64,000 nt of DNA from Octopus vulgaris (GCA_951406725.2 OX597837.1:37820001-37884000), one strand, 5' to 3'. Positions 15,895-29,656 are shown, numbered from the stretch's first letter. Translations and numbers: made by a program. Notes: generated from the sequence alone by a model not told the origin.

Positions 15895-16090
15895 AACCAC
15901 GTGTGTATCGTTGGCGATTTTCTTCCTCCGTCTTCCCTTCCTTTGGACTTAACTCCATTTCTGAAGAAGAGCTTTGCTCGAAACGTTAAATCCTCTTTCC
16001 TTCCTTTCCTGGGCGTCCGATAATACAGTACTTGTACCACGTTCTCGCGTTACTGTTTCTTCTTGTTTGTTCTTCTTTGTTTGGATTCAC
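15895..16090 (+). mobile_element. Hammerhead-bearing cassette within (TACA)n
   Basis: Homologous to 61740-61922; attt-CTGAAGA-A-GAGC-ttt-GCTC-GAAAC-GTT-aaat at 15957-15991. Confidence 0.75.
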
Positions 16091-16301
16091 TACATACATA
16101 CATACATACATACATACATACATACATACATACATACATACATACATGGTGGAAGTCGACTCGTGACTGCGTGACTCCACACCCTAAACCCAAGAGTCCA
16201 AATCGTTCCTGTGCGCAAATTATTTTGAGTGACTTAAATGTCGTACAATACGAAACCCCACTTTTAGTACAATCAGCTATAAAATTAGTGGCACAACAGA
16301 A

Positions 16302-16378
16302 CTTGAAACGACCAGAAACCTACTGCACTTGAAACGACCAGACACCTACTGCACTTGAAACGACCAAAAACCTACTGA
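16302..16378 (+). repeat. 26-bp tandem repeat, 3 copies
   Basis: cttgaaacgaccagaaacctactgca repeated three times with few changes. Confidence 0.85.
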
Positions 16379-16741
16379 AGTTTTTATATTTTTTTATATA
16401 AGTTTACTTTCTCCTAGAAGGAAGCTCTAACGGGATCTAGGCACCCCTCACTGCCAGTAGTCAGATGTATTTCATTCCTAGCTGTTGGATGGTCAATCTT
16501 TTGAGTGGGATGGGCTACTCGACCTGAAGAAAAATTCTAACTGGGCCCCACCTGCAAGGTCATGCGATGTTTATCGTTATATGAGATCACCATGTTGCGC
16601 AGATATGGTTGTAATGCATGCGCCTGGTGTACCCTTATCAGACGGGTATTCATGAAGAGTAAACTGAGGTTTGTATATTTTAACCCCAGTGTAACTTTGT
16701 TGACATGCACTGCTCTCTCACTCAATAATAATAACAAAAAT

Positions 16742-16795
<54 letters not shown>

Positions 16796-16799
16796 GTAA

Positions 16800-17112
16800 T
16801 TTTGCCCTGGGAATGATAGCAAAAGGGGCTGATTGCTACTTAACTCAGATACCAGGAAACCCCCAAATGGCAGAGATTCCAAAGATAGTGCTCATGGTAA
16901 CTGCTCATATTCTACGCTAAATACTTTCTTTGTAATCTCAAGTTTTAAAACAAACATAATTTTCGTATGGTTTTTTAGGCATTCACTAGTACAACACTAA
17001 GTACAAAACCAAACATAGGCACCCTAGGCATAATACCAACATGAACTTGTCTCTTGAGGTCTCTGGGTGAGACTTGGAGCCAACTTGTGCAAATGTAAAG
17101 CAAAAGTCAAAC

Positions 17113-17115
<3 letters not shown>
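16800..17115 (+). mobile_element. 3' fragment of an RLE-type LINE (R4/Dong-like) between (TAA)n tracts
   Basis: Translates ALGMIAKGADCYLTQIPGNPQMAEIPKIVLMVTAHILR*ILSL*, resembling the GALG...QK..L.GTA.ILR terminus of such ORFs; a second copy is at 62296-62392 (-). Confidence 0.65.
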
Positions 17116-17182
<67 letters not shown>

Positions 17183-17718
17183 TAATAATAATAGATATTT
17201 TTTACTTACCATGGCAATAAGTAACATATTTTCTTTTTTCCGTATCATGGGACACAGGTTTTCTGCCTAAAAGTAAATAGAAAAATAAATTTTCTATAAA
17301 TAAATGCACGATTTTAAACAAGACTGCGTGTAAATCGGAAGAAAAAAAGACCAAAAAAAAAAAAAAAAGAAGCAAGCCCCCCCCCCTCCTCTTTATTTTC
17401 CAAATGCCAGAGTCTTAGGGCGATGCATTTCTTCTAAAAGGGTTAAGGATGTTTTGGCACCGGCGACTTGACGCCGCTGAGTCTGTGCAAAACACTTAAT
17501 ATTGGATACTTTTGGCGCCAATGAATTTTGCTTTTATTCTACGTAGCAGCTGATTGATTTTTATTAATTGGGCCATGAACCACGGTGGAAAATGAAGAAA
17601 AAGAGTTGAGATGCTTATAATTAACAAATGAAGAATTTAATTAACGTTACGTTTTCGATCAGTCAGTATCAATGATATTTTCCTTTTTTTTTTTGATATT
17701 AAAAATATTTTCTTTACC

Positions 17719-18486
<768 letters not shown>

Positions 18487-18494
18487 GCTGAGTT

Positions 18495-18833
18495 GCTGAG
18501 ACCCCCTTCGGTCATGACTGACCATGGGATTGCGCCTAGAAAGTTATCCTCCCAGGCACAAGTCTGGTCAAGGTTGTTTATGGAAGACCAGCAGTCGCCC
18601 ATGCATGCCGGCCTCCCCTCTCTACGCCACCAGTGTTATCCAAGGGAAAAGCAAAGGGGCCGATACAGCTCGGGACCTGTGACGTCGCAACTCATTTCTA
18701 CAGCTGAGTGAACTGAAGCAACGTGAAATAAAATGCCTTGCTCAAGAACACGACATGTTGCCCGGTCCGGGATTCGAACTCACAACCTCACGATCGTAAG
18801 CTCGACACTCTAACCAGTGAGCCATGTGCCTTC
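18495..18833 (-). mobile_element. SINE family E (tRNA-like head plus CORE-like segment)
   Basis: Minus-strand head tggctcactggttagag...gagttcgaatccc then gtgttcttgagcaaggcatttt; related heads at 28917-29007, 48775-48862 and 49145-49272. Confidence 0.75.
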
Positions 18834-18834
18834 A

Positions 18835-18905
<71 letters not shown>

Positions 18906-18923
18906 ATAATAATAATAATAATA

Positions 18924-19204
18924 ATAACAAGAGCACTCAGAGAGCGAAAACCTCCGCCATGGCAACACCAACGTCCTCTCAATGATTAGCCAGAGTTGGT
19001 TTTTAAAATGAGAGTATCTGAAATAAACTCAACTGCTCTCACAAACAAGAATACTAAAATTGAACCCAACCACTATCTCAAAAATTAAGTAAAAAAAAAA
19101 AACAGGAAAAAAAATAATCCAGAATCCTTGTCCGGTACCGGATCAATCCCAAAATCTAATCAGTTCGTGTCAGTCACTAGGACAAACATCTCTGAAAGTT
19201 TCAT
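18924..19204 (+). mobile_element. 5' part of a Helentron-associated (HINE/DINE-1-like) element
   Basis: Starts ataacaagag with subterminal acctccgcc; body is homologous to 37620-37830. Confidence 0.6.
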
Positions 19205-19472
19205 AATAATAATAATAATAATCATGGTAATGTCCAGTTTATTGTTAGGTGCAGAAACCCTTAAAATTCGATCGAGACGCTCTCGCAGCATCTCATACGT
19301 CACGTCGCCTTTCATGTTAATTCTCTTTCGCGTCCTCCTCTCTATTTCAGCTTTTCTGCTTCGCTACTCAATATGCGCAGTCTAGTGCAAATGGTTTTAG
19401 AATTATTCTTTTGAAATAAGGCTTAATTCTTACTCGCAATCAAGCAGACACCAATCTATGAGGTTGCACAGT

Positions 19473-19665
19473 TTAATCCCTTTCATACGAACCCGGCTGA
19501 ACCCGCCTCTGGCTCTGGAGTACAAATGCCTTGTTTTCAAAAGTGATGAATTAAAGTCTTCCGCCAAACCTTAGTCACAATCCATGTTACTGATTAGTGG
19601 CGACTCGTAGATAAAATTAATGGTGTTGTTCCATCTCAACAGAAATATTGTAACAAAGGGGTTAA
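19473..19665. mobile_element. piggyBac-like MITE
   Basis: TTAA at both ends with imperfect TIRs (tccctttcatac / gtaacaaagggg). Confidence 0.45.
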
Positions 19666-19997
19666 TCTTTTTCACTCTGTGGAATTTCCACAGTACCCAT
19701 TAGTATTGATGTTGAAGATATGAAAAGTGAAGATGACCTCAACAGCAATAAAATCATTTTTCGTTTCTTAAATAGCTTCTCTTAACCGAAAATTTCTAAC
19801 AAAAAAGTTTTAATCTCACAAAAAATTAAAAAAATATTACTCACGCCCTTCCACCATGTTTTGAACATGGTATCTTTGATATTTAGCATTTAGCTCTCTC
19901 TATATACGAATATAAAGCATACTTTTACACCCCAAACGCGTCTTTTTACAGACAGGGCCACGAATTAGGGACTATGAATCTAGTATGTATTAATCGT

Positions 19998-20250
19998 GGC
20001 ACTCGGTCGGTTACGACGACGAGGGTTCCAGTTGATCCGATCAACGGAACAGTCTGCTCGTGAAATTAACATGAAAGTGGCTGAGCACTCCACGGACATG
20101 TGCACCCTTAACGTAGTTCTCGGGGAGATTCAGCGTGACACAGAGTGTGACAAGGCTGGCCCTTTGGAATACAGGTACAAGCGAAAGAGGAAGAAGGAGT
20201 GAGAGAAAGTTGTGGTGAAAGAGTATAGCAGGGTTGGCCACCACTCCCTC
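19998..20250 (-). mobile_element. SINE family D, 3' portion
   Basis: Aligns to 5858-6110. Confidence 0.85.
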
Positions 20251-20670
20251 TGTATTATCTAATAGATAATACAGAGGGAGCTCGTTGTGTAAGGGCCTGT
20301 TCCGTTCAATATATACTGCAGCTCTACATTTAGTCTGTTGAGTACTTTTGTATTGATTGTAGCTATGCATGTTGTTACCAGTTGACCTTTTCAATTATTC
20401 ATACATACATACATACATACATACATACATACATACATACACACATACATACATTGCAGGCTTACACATACATACATACGTAAGTACGTACATACATACA
20501 TACACACATACATACATGCATACATACATACATACATGCATACATACATACATACATACATACATACATACATACATACATACATACATACATACTCATA
20601 CGCATGTACATACATACATAAATACACACATACTTATATACATACATACATACATACATACATACATACA

Positions 20671-20702
<32 letters not shown>

Positions 20703-20840
20703 AGCATGCATACCTACACACATGCATGCAGACACTCTCAAACATATGTATATACATACGTACGTGCGTTCCCTAGCCTTCTATTATTTAATTTCCCGCC
20801 CCTCCTCCTCCCCCTCGTCATCATCATCATCGTCATCATC

Positions 20841-21243
20841 ATTCTTTTCTACCCTAGGCACAAAGCCCGAAATTTTGTTTGGTGGTGGGGCAGTCGATTA
20901 GGTCGACCTCAGTACTCAACTGGTACTTAATTTATTGACCCCAAAAGGATGAAAGGCAAAGTCGATCTCGGCAGAATTTGAACTCAGAACGTAGCGGCAG
21001 ACGAAATACCTATTTCTTTACTATCCACAAGGGGCTAAACACAGAGGAGACGAACAAGGACAGACAAACGGATTAAGTCGATTATATCGACCCCAGTGCG
21101 TAACAGGTACTTGTTTAATCGACCCCGAAAGGATGAAAGGCAAAGTCGACCTCGGCGGAATTTGAACTCAGAACGTAGCGGCAGACGAAATACCGCTAAG
21201 AATTTCGTCCGGCGTGCTAACAATTCTACCAGCTCGCCGCCTT
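20841..21243 (-). mobile_element. Hybrid SINE B/C dimer
   Basis: C-type tail unit (aggcacaaagcccgaaatttt) joined at gaaatacc|tatttc to a B unit with a full head. Confidence 0.85.
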
Positions 21244-22194
21244 TCGTCGTCGTGGCCATCATCATCATCGTCGTATTCTTCTTCTTCTTCTTCTTCTTCT
21301 TCTTCTTCTTCTTCTTCTTCTTCTTCTTCTTCTTCTTCTTCTTCTTCTTCTTCTTCATCATCATCATCATCATCATCATCGTCATCATCATCTTCTTCCA
21401 TTACGAAATGCGTAACCATAAACATAAATAAAAGCAGGAAGCACCCACCACCACCATCACCACCACCACCACCGCCCGTTCATTCTCATCCCCGCCCCCA
21501 CCATTTATTGCTCAACGTTCAAATGGTACACCAAACAAAAACCCAACGAACTAATAATCCCTATTTAAAGCCTCTCCAAGAACAAAGTTCATTGAGTGAA
21601 GAACGCAACGCGAAGATGCCAAAAACTGTAAAAGTGGCTTGACGTTTTTACGGCCGAGCAAAGTAGTGTCTAAGGACAATGGTCATTCGCTGAGAGACAG
21701 AGAGAGAGAGAGAGAGAGAAGAAAAGAGAGTGAGGGAGAGTGAGAGGGAGGGTGGGTGGGAGGAAGAGGGGGAGTAAATCTGGCAGTGAAAATGGTAAAT
21801 GGTTCCAAGATGGCAGTTGCCAAAAACGTTGTCGGTTAAAGAATTTGCTTAAAAGGTTGAATATTCGTCGAGTAGAAGAATTTCTACAGTCTTTATGTCT
21901 TTGGACAGAAACAGAGCAGCAGCAGTAGTAGTAGTTATTGTCGTTTAAACCCCAGGTCGGTTCGGATCGAGCAGACCGATGTATGTATGTATAATTGAAA
22001 ATGTCGACTGGTAACAAGTGGGTGTATGTATCTGTGTGTGTATATTTGTATGTATGTATGTATGTACGTAGGTATATATATATATGTATGGGTGTATGTG
22101 TATGTGTGTGTATGTATGTATGTATGTGTGTATGTATGTATGTGTGTATGTACGTGTGTGTATGTATAACTGAAGATGTCGACTTGTAGCAACA

Positions 22195-22249
<55 letters not shown>

Positions 22250-22698
22250 TGTATGTGTGTGTATTTATGTGTGTATTCTTTTTCTAATTTAAATTCTGAC
22301 CGGCCCCTTGGTTGGTGAAGAAAACCATCTGGTTTTGTTTATTACCCTTTAAATCACGGGTTCTCACCCGGGGTCTATTTAAGATACTTTGGGGCCCCAA
22401 AAAGTAGAATAGCCGAATGGAGGTACACAACAGTATTTTAGGAATCCATGAAAAATATTTGCTTTAAATGTCTTTTATTGGAAAAAAAACCCCAAAAAAC
22501 AACCAGGGTTCTGTCTCTAAGGTTTTGCGTAGCTTAACAGGTTTCTGGCCCCTGAAACATGTTCATGCAAGGAACAATAGCAAACCTACACGAGGCGTGG
22601 TTGTGTGGCAAGAAGATTGCTTCCCAACCACATGGTTCCGGGTTCAGTCCCACTGTGTGGCACCTTGGACAAGTGTCTTCTACTTATGTATTAATCAT

Positions 22699-23166
22699 AA
22701 GGTGGTGAGCTGGCAGAGTTGCTAGCACGCCAGGCGAAATGCTTAGCTGCATTTTGTCCGTCTTTACGTTCTGAGTTCAAATTCCACCGAGGTCGACCTT
22801 GCCTGTCATTCTTTCTAACTCGATAAATTAAATACCATTTATGCACTGGGGTCGATGTAATCGACCTATCCCCTCCTCACAAATTTTTCGGGCCCTGTGC
22901 CTAGAATAGAAAGGATTATTTTGTATTAATACCAGTTACGCACTGGGGTCGATATAATCGACATAGTCCATTTGTCCTTGTTTGTCCCTTCTGTGTGTAA
23001 CCCCTTGTGGGCAGTAAAGAAATAAGAAAGGATTATTTTGTATTAATACCAGTTATGCACTGGGGTCGATATAATCGACTCAATCCCTTCTTTCTGCCCT
23101 TGTTTGTCCCCTCTGTGCGTAGCCCCTTGTGGGCAGTAAAGAAATAAGAAAGGATTATTTTGTATT
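22699..23166 (+). mobile_element. SINE C followed by two SINE B 3' fragments, inserted after a family A head (22592-22683)
   Basis: Head aaggtggtgagctggcagag; agaaaggattattttgtatta occurs three times, separating the fragments. Confidence 0.85.
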
Positions 23167-23794
23167 ACTCATGAATTATCTCATAGCTTCAAGGTTTCGA
23201 TGATGGGATTGTTTATTTTTAGAATAACATTGTAGGGCAAGTGAGAGAGGCCAGATCTGGACAGTCTGAACATAAATCAGCTAGAATATATTGGGCTGGA
23301 TGTGAACGGTTTAAAGGCTAAAGGGCTAAATCTCTCCCCTTGTACTCACAAGATCATATAAAGGAACCCCCATTTTGCCCACTTGTATTGAAGATCGTAA
23401 TCTTTCGATCATTGTCAAGCGTTCATGACTATAGGTGAGTATAGACACAAAAGCCAAATCAAAGACAACGAATTCGGTTCTTTTTCTTATTTTTACCATT
23501 CTTTCGTCTTCTGAGAATCAAATACTGGAATTGGCGCATTTCTGGACCCTTATTTTCCAATGTGTCCTTCTCATTTAAGAAGACTAGGTTTGTGAGAGAT
23601 TTGATCGCGATTTCTACCCTGTAAAATAGCAATGTAGAAGTTCCCTCGTTGAAGTTTGCTTCCCAACCACATAGTTTCGGGTTCTGTCCCGCTGCGTGGC
23701 ACCTTGGGAAAATGTCTTTTATTATAGCCTTTGGGCCGACCAAGGCGTTGTGAGTGGATTTGGTAGACGGAAACTGAAAGAAGCCCATCGCACA

Positions 23795-23985
23795 TATTTA
23801 GTTTAGCATCTAATTTGACCTCCTGCTTCCCATGACCCATGAATACAACTCTGAAATACTTAAACTTTTCTACTTTTCTCAGTGATGTTCCACGATGATG
23901 TATTGTCATTGGGAGATGACTTTTTTTTTTGTTTTTGAGAGGACCAACATCTCAGGTTTCGCTACACTAACTTTCGTCTCTGCCC
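23795..23985 (-). pseudogene. LINE reverse-transcriptase fragment (RTE-like)
   Basis: Frameshifted KVSVAKPEMLVLS then LRKVEKFKYFRVVFMGHGKQEVKLDAKL, resembling the L..V..FKYLG...EID.RI region. Confidence 0.6.
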
Positions 23986-24621
23986 TTGGGAGAAAATCAA
24001 CAAACTGTAACCGCAGATATAACTCGAACGCAAAATACAAAATGGCCGTGACTGCAAGTACCATGACAACGACGACGACGATGGCGGTAGCGACTGCGAT
24101 GACGACAGCGACGACGACGACGACAACGATGACGACGGCCGCCGCCGCCACAGCCACCACCACCACCACCACCACCGTCGCCGCCACCACCACCACCACC
24201 ACCACCACCACCACCGTCGCCACCACCACCACCACCACCACCACCACCACCACCACCACCACCACCACTACTACCACCACCACCACCACCACCACTACCA
24301 CTACCACCACCAACACCACTACCACCACCATCCCACCACCACCACCACCACCGCCAGCACCACCACCGCCAGCACCACCACCAGCACCAGCACCACCAGC
24401 ACCACCACCACCACCATAACCACCACTACCACCACCACCACCACCGTCGCCACCACCGTCGCCGCCACCACCACCACCACCACCACCGTCGCCACCACCA
24501 CCACCACCATACACCACCACCACCACTAATTCCGCTGTAAAAGCGGGCTTTATCATATAGTCTTAAGATGTCCACTACAAAATACTAACGATCTGAGACG
24601 GAGAGAGAGAGAGAGAGAGCA

Positions 24622-24657
<36 letters not shown>

Positions 24658-25149
24658 TGAGAGAGGGACAAAGATTGATAGATAGGCAGATAGATAGATA
24701 GATAGATAGATAAAGATAGATAGATAGATAGATAGATACATAAATGAATAGAGAGAAGGAGAGAGAGGAAGAGAGAGGGAGAGAAAGGAGGGGAGAGAGA
24801 CTACCCGCACAGTCGGAAATTGCTTCTCTCCATGTTTATCGTTTCAAGTTGAAGCACTCGGCCATTATTTGCCCCCGAGTGGATAAATGGACACGCAGAA
24901 TGAAGGACATCCGCGCGCGTGTGTTTGTATATATATATATATATATATATATGATTATATGTATGATTATATGTATGATTATATGCCTGAGGCGTGCATT
25001 TATGTATGCATACTTACATGCATATATACATATATATATATACGTACGTACGTACGTATTTAGATGCACATGCGTACGAACATACATATGGAATACAGAT
25101 ATGAAGGGAGACAAGTAGAGACATAAGACTAGGCAGATTGATAAACAAC

Positions 25150-25174
25150 ATGCATACATACATACATACATACA

Positions 25175-25208
<34 letters not shown>

Positions 25209-25237
25209 CATTCATACATACATACATATATACATGC

Positions 25238-25296
<59 letters not shown>

Positions 25297-25325
25297 CATT
25301 CATACATACATACATATATACATGC

Positions 25326-25356
<31 letters not shown>

Positions 25357-25438
25357 CATACATACATACATACATACATGCATACATACATTCATGCATA
25401 CATACATATATACATACATACATACATACATACATACA

Positions 25439-25472
<34 letters not shown>

Positions 25473-25501
25473 CATTCATACATACATACATATATACATG
25501 C

Positions 25502-25532
<31 letters not shown>

Positions 25533-25542
25533 CATACATTCA

Positions 25543-25576
<34 letters not shown>

Positions 25577-25910
25577 CATACATACATATATACATACATA
25601 TATACATGCATACATACATACATACATACATACATACCTACATACATACATACATACATGCATACATGCATACATACATACATACATACACACATACACA
25701 CATACACACATACATACATATACATACATACACACATACATACATACATACATACACACATACATACATACATATATATATATATACATACATACATACA
25801 TACATACACACATACATACATACCTACATACATACATACATACATACATATCTATATACATACATACGTACATACACACACACATACATACACACGCATA
25901 CATACATACA

Positions 25911-25946
<36 letters not shown>

Positions 25947-25970
25947 TGTATATATGTATATGTATACACA
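25150..25970. repeat. (TACA)n microsatellite with internal duplicated variants
   Basis: The interruption tatacattcatacatacatacatatatacatgcttaca recurs three times. Confidence 0.9.
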
Positions 25971-26490
25971 TATATCAATAATAATAGAGGGTAAAAATTA
26001 ATTAATTAATAATTAATAATTTTACTAAGTAGTTTTACCAAGGTGAAGCAAATTTTTGCTGAACCCTAATTATAATTACACACACACAGATATATACATA
26101 CACACATATGTATAATATGATATCAACAACGATAATAATAATAGGGATTACTACGAAGTGGCATAGGATTACCTTTAATCCTTTTTATATGTATATACAG
26201 TTTTACGTAGACCTACACATGTTTCAACTGCACTAGTTAGTAACCGTTGCAATTGTAACGCTCCTATAAGAAGGAGAAAGACGACATGCACTCAACACCA
26301 GAGCTGAAGATACCTCCGAAAGTGTGTGCGTGTGTGTGGGGGGACGTCAAAACGGTAGAAGAGTAAGGGCCGAAACCGGACGTGGTTCCTCTTGATGATG
26401 TCTTGAGCTAACTGGATCCTATAAAGGAGCTGTTGATGTAGCAGACCACGAAACAATGGTTGAAATTCCTTCCTATATACAGTTTTACGT

Positions 26491-26576
26491 AGACCTACAC
26501 ATGTTTCAACTGTACCGATTAATTACCGTTGCAACTGTAACCCTACTTCGAAACAGGTGTAGTCTCTTCAGGGTCT
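26491..26576 (-). ncRNA. Type I hammerhead ribozyme candidate with long stem II
   Basis: Minus strand reads agacc-CTGAAGA-gact...agtt-GAAAC-atgt-GTA-ggtct: intact core and a 5-bp stem I. Confidence 0.65.
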
Positions 26577-26749
26577 TTACTTAACATCCTTCGATTTAAC
26601 CGCTTAAAGTTTTTCGTTTATCTTCTCTGCGTTGTATGACGTAGAGTCGTCCGTTAAGTTAGACGCGAACTATCTTCAATTCAGGTTTCGATTGGATAAT
26701 CACTTATAGTCCGTTATTTCAAAACATTCTGTTGTTTAAATACTATCTT

Positions 26750-27143
26750 TTACTCTTTTACTTGTTTCAGTCATTTGACTGCGGCCATGCTGGAGCACCG
26801 CATTTAGTCGAGCAAATCGACCCCAGGACTTTGTAAGCCTAGTACTTATTGTATTGGTCCCTTTTGCCGAACCGGTAAGTTACAGGGACGTAAACACACC
26901 ACCATCGGTCGTCAAGCAATGGTGGGGAGACAAACACATACACACAAACGTACACACACACACACACACATACATATAAATATATACATATATACGACGG
27001 GATTCTTTCAGTTTCCATCTACCAAATGCACTCACAAGGCTTTGGTTGGACCGAGGCTATAGTAGGAGACACTTGCCCAAGGTGCCACGCAGTGGGACTG
27101 AACCCGGAAACATGTGGTTGGTAAGCAAGCCACTCCTGCGCCT
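26750..27143 (-). mobile_element. SINE family A
   Basis: Reverse complement of the A consensus through to the aggcgcaggag start. Confidence 0.9.
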
Positions 27144-27474
27144 AAATGTTTATTATTTATTTATACTGGGCAAATGTAAATTTCCTCATGTGGAAGCATC
27201 TCGAAGCTCGTTCCTGTCTAGAATATATTACATTATCCTTAGATGTAAAAATCTTGTAAAATTCCGCTAAGCACAAGTCACAGCTTTTAGTTCCAAGTCT
27301 GTATGACTTTGCAGTACAAATTAATTCCCAATTGATAGTAAGGTCTTTGTTTTTGTTTTTAATAGACCAGATTAATTTACTAGGACTTGTTTGGAATATT
27401 TTTTTTTCTTCTTATCTCTGAATAAACTCAAATGATTTGCCAGTCTCCTCTTGAAAGTTAATGATGCATGCTTG

Positions 27475-27603
<129 letters not shown>

Positions 27604-27733
27604 GTCTGTCTGTCTATTTCTTTTTTCTTTCTATCTATCTATCAATCTGGCTGTCTGTCTGTTTGTCTCTTTGTCCGTCCGTCCGTCCGTCGGTCTGTCT
27701 GTCTGTTTGTCTGCCTATCTGTCTGTCTACTTC

Positions 27734-27788
<55 letters not shown>

Positions 27789-28530
27789 TGTGTGTGCATG
27801 AATGTATGTATTTGTGTGTATAATGTGTTTCTGCTGTTTGGCTCCCTCCACTGATTGACAACCGCTGTTAGTTTGTTTACGATCCCATAAACAAGCGGTT
27901 CGGTAAAAAGAGACCGATAGACTAAGTGCCGGACTTAAAATGTAAGTACTGAGATCTATCTGTTCAACTAAACCCTAGAAGGCAGTGCCCCAGCATGGCC
28001 GTAACTTAGTGACTGAAACAATTAAATGACAAACGAAAAGACACCCCCCGCGCACACTTCTCGTCTTCTTGTCTGCGCGTATGTGTGTGTGTTTGTGTGT
28101 GTATAGCCACCAGTTACTCATTGCCTGTCACCAAGCCTACTATATGCATCCAACCTGCACCTTGTGTTAACTTTCTCTGAATCTCTGAATCTGAAAGGCA
28201 AAGTCGACCTCGGCGGAATTTGAACTCAGAACGAAGCGGCAGACGAAATGCCGCTAAGCATTACGCCCAGCGTGCTAACGATTCCGCCAGCTTGCCCCTT
28301 CAGAGAATACCAGTAATATTATTAACAGGAATAAGAGCCTTGCCAGCACTTGTAATAAGTAAAGTTAGGTAAAGTTCTCTCTCGAGTCACGCCGACTCAT
28401 AAGCACCAGTTTCCATGGCGTATACATACCTCCACCTGGATAGGACGACAGTCCTTCACAGGATTACTTCCTTTTTGCCAGCTGAGTGGATGGGAGCAAC
28501 GTGAAATGAAGTGTTTTGTTCAAGAACATA

Positions 28531-28916
28531 TGGAAGCACTCCGTCGGTTACGACGACGAGGGTTCCGGTTGATCCGAATCAACGGAACAGCCTGCTCGTG
28601 AAATTAACGTGTAAGTGGCTGAGCACTCCACAGACACGTGTACCCTTAACGTAGTTCTCGGAGATATTCAGCGTGACACAGAGAGTGACAAGGCCGGCCC
28701 TTTGAAATACAGCTACAACAGAAACAGGAAGTAAGAGTGAGAGAAAGTTGTGGTGAAAGAGTACAGCAGGGATCACCACCATCCCCTGCCGGAGCCTCGT
28801 GGAACTTTTAGGTGTTTTCGCTCAATAAACACTCACAACGCCCGGTCTGGGAATCGAAACCGCGATCCTACGACCGCGAGTCCGCTGCCCTAACCACTGG
28901 GCCATTGCGCCTCCAC
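28531..28916 (-). mobile_element. SINE family D inserted into a family E SINE
   Basis: 11-bp TSD tcaagaacata (28520-28530, 28917-28927); the E sequence continues on both sides. Confidence 0.9.
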
Positions 28917-29531
28917 TCAAGAACATAATGTGTTGCCTGGTTCAGGAATCGAAACCCCAATTTTATGATCATGAGTCCGGCACCCTAGCCATTAAGCCAC
29001 ACACCTCTACAGACTTGCAATAGTTACATTACATCTCACCAAGAGGTCTACGCTTTGGCTACACATGAACAAGAGATAGCTTCTAAATATTTGAGAAACG
29101 AGGGATTAAGATTGTTCGTAAACGTCCAAGTTGTGATAGAAAAGGTCAAGTGTGCCAGAGCAGAGTGGAAGTGGAAGAAGATAAGATCCAAATCATCAAC
29201 AGCTGCCGAAAAAAATGTCCGTTTGATACTATTTTGCTACGAGACACGACATTGTCGCTGAAACAATTTACAATGTTATTCGGAGGAAGGATTGTCCTGG
29301 CCATACGAGAACCAGGATGTATCCACACCCTAAAAAAAAAGTAAAGAATACTTGTGGAACATTCCATTAAACAAAAAAAAAAACCCCAAAGAAACAAAAC
29401 AAACCAAAACAAAAGAACATCAAGACAATAAAACAGTTCTATATTTAAGAGATGAGGAATTATGTACATTATTTACATTATTTACATTATTTACATTTGA
29501 CGGATATTTGTCCTCATCTTGTTTGTTGTTA

Positions 29532-29575
29532 ATACAACGTTTCGGGTGATATACTCTCCAGCCTTCATCAGGTGT
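29532..29575 (-). ncRNA. Minimal hammerhead ribozyme candidate
   Basis: acac-CTGATGA-A-GGCTG...CACCC-GAAAC-GTT-gtat; one mismatch in each of stems I and II. Confidence 0.6.
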
Positions 29576-29581
29576 CTTGTG

Positions 29582-29656
<75 letters not shown>

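Noticed and set aside
29040-29335. Host exons in unique-looking stretches (also 8285-8500, 11540-11940, 21780-21900)
   Set aside because: No recognisable protein or clean exon structure; faint resemblance to decayed LINE ends is too weak to call.
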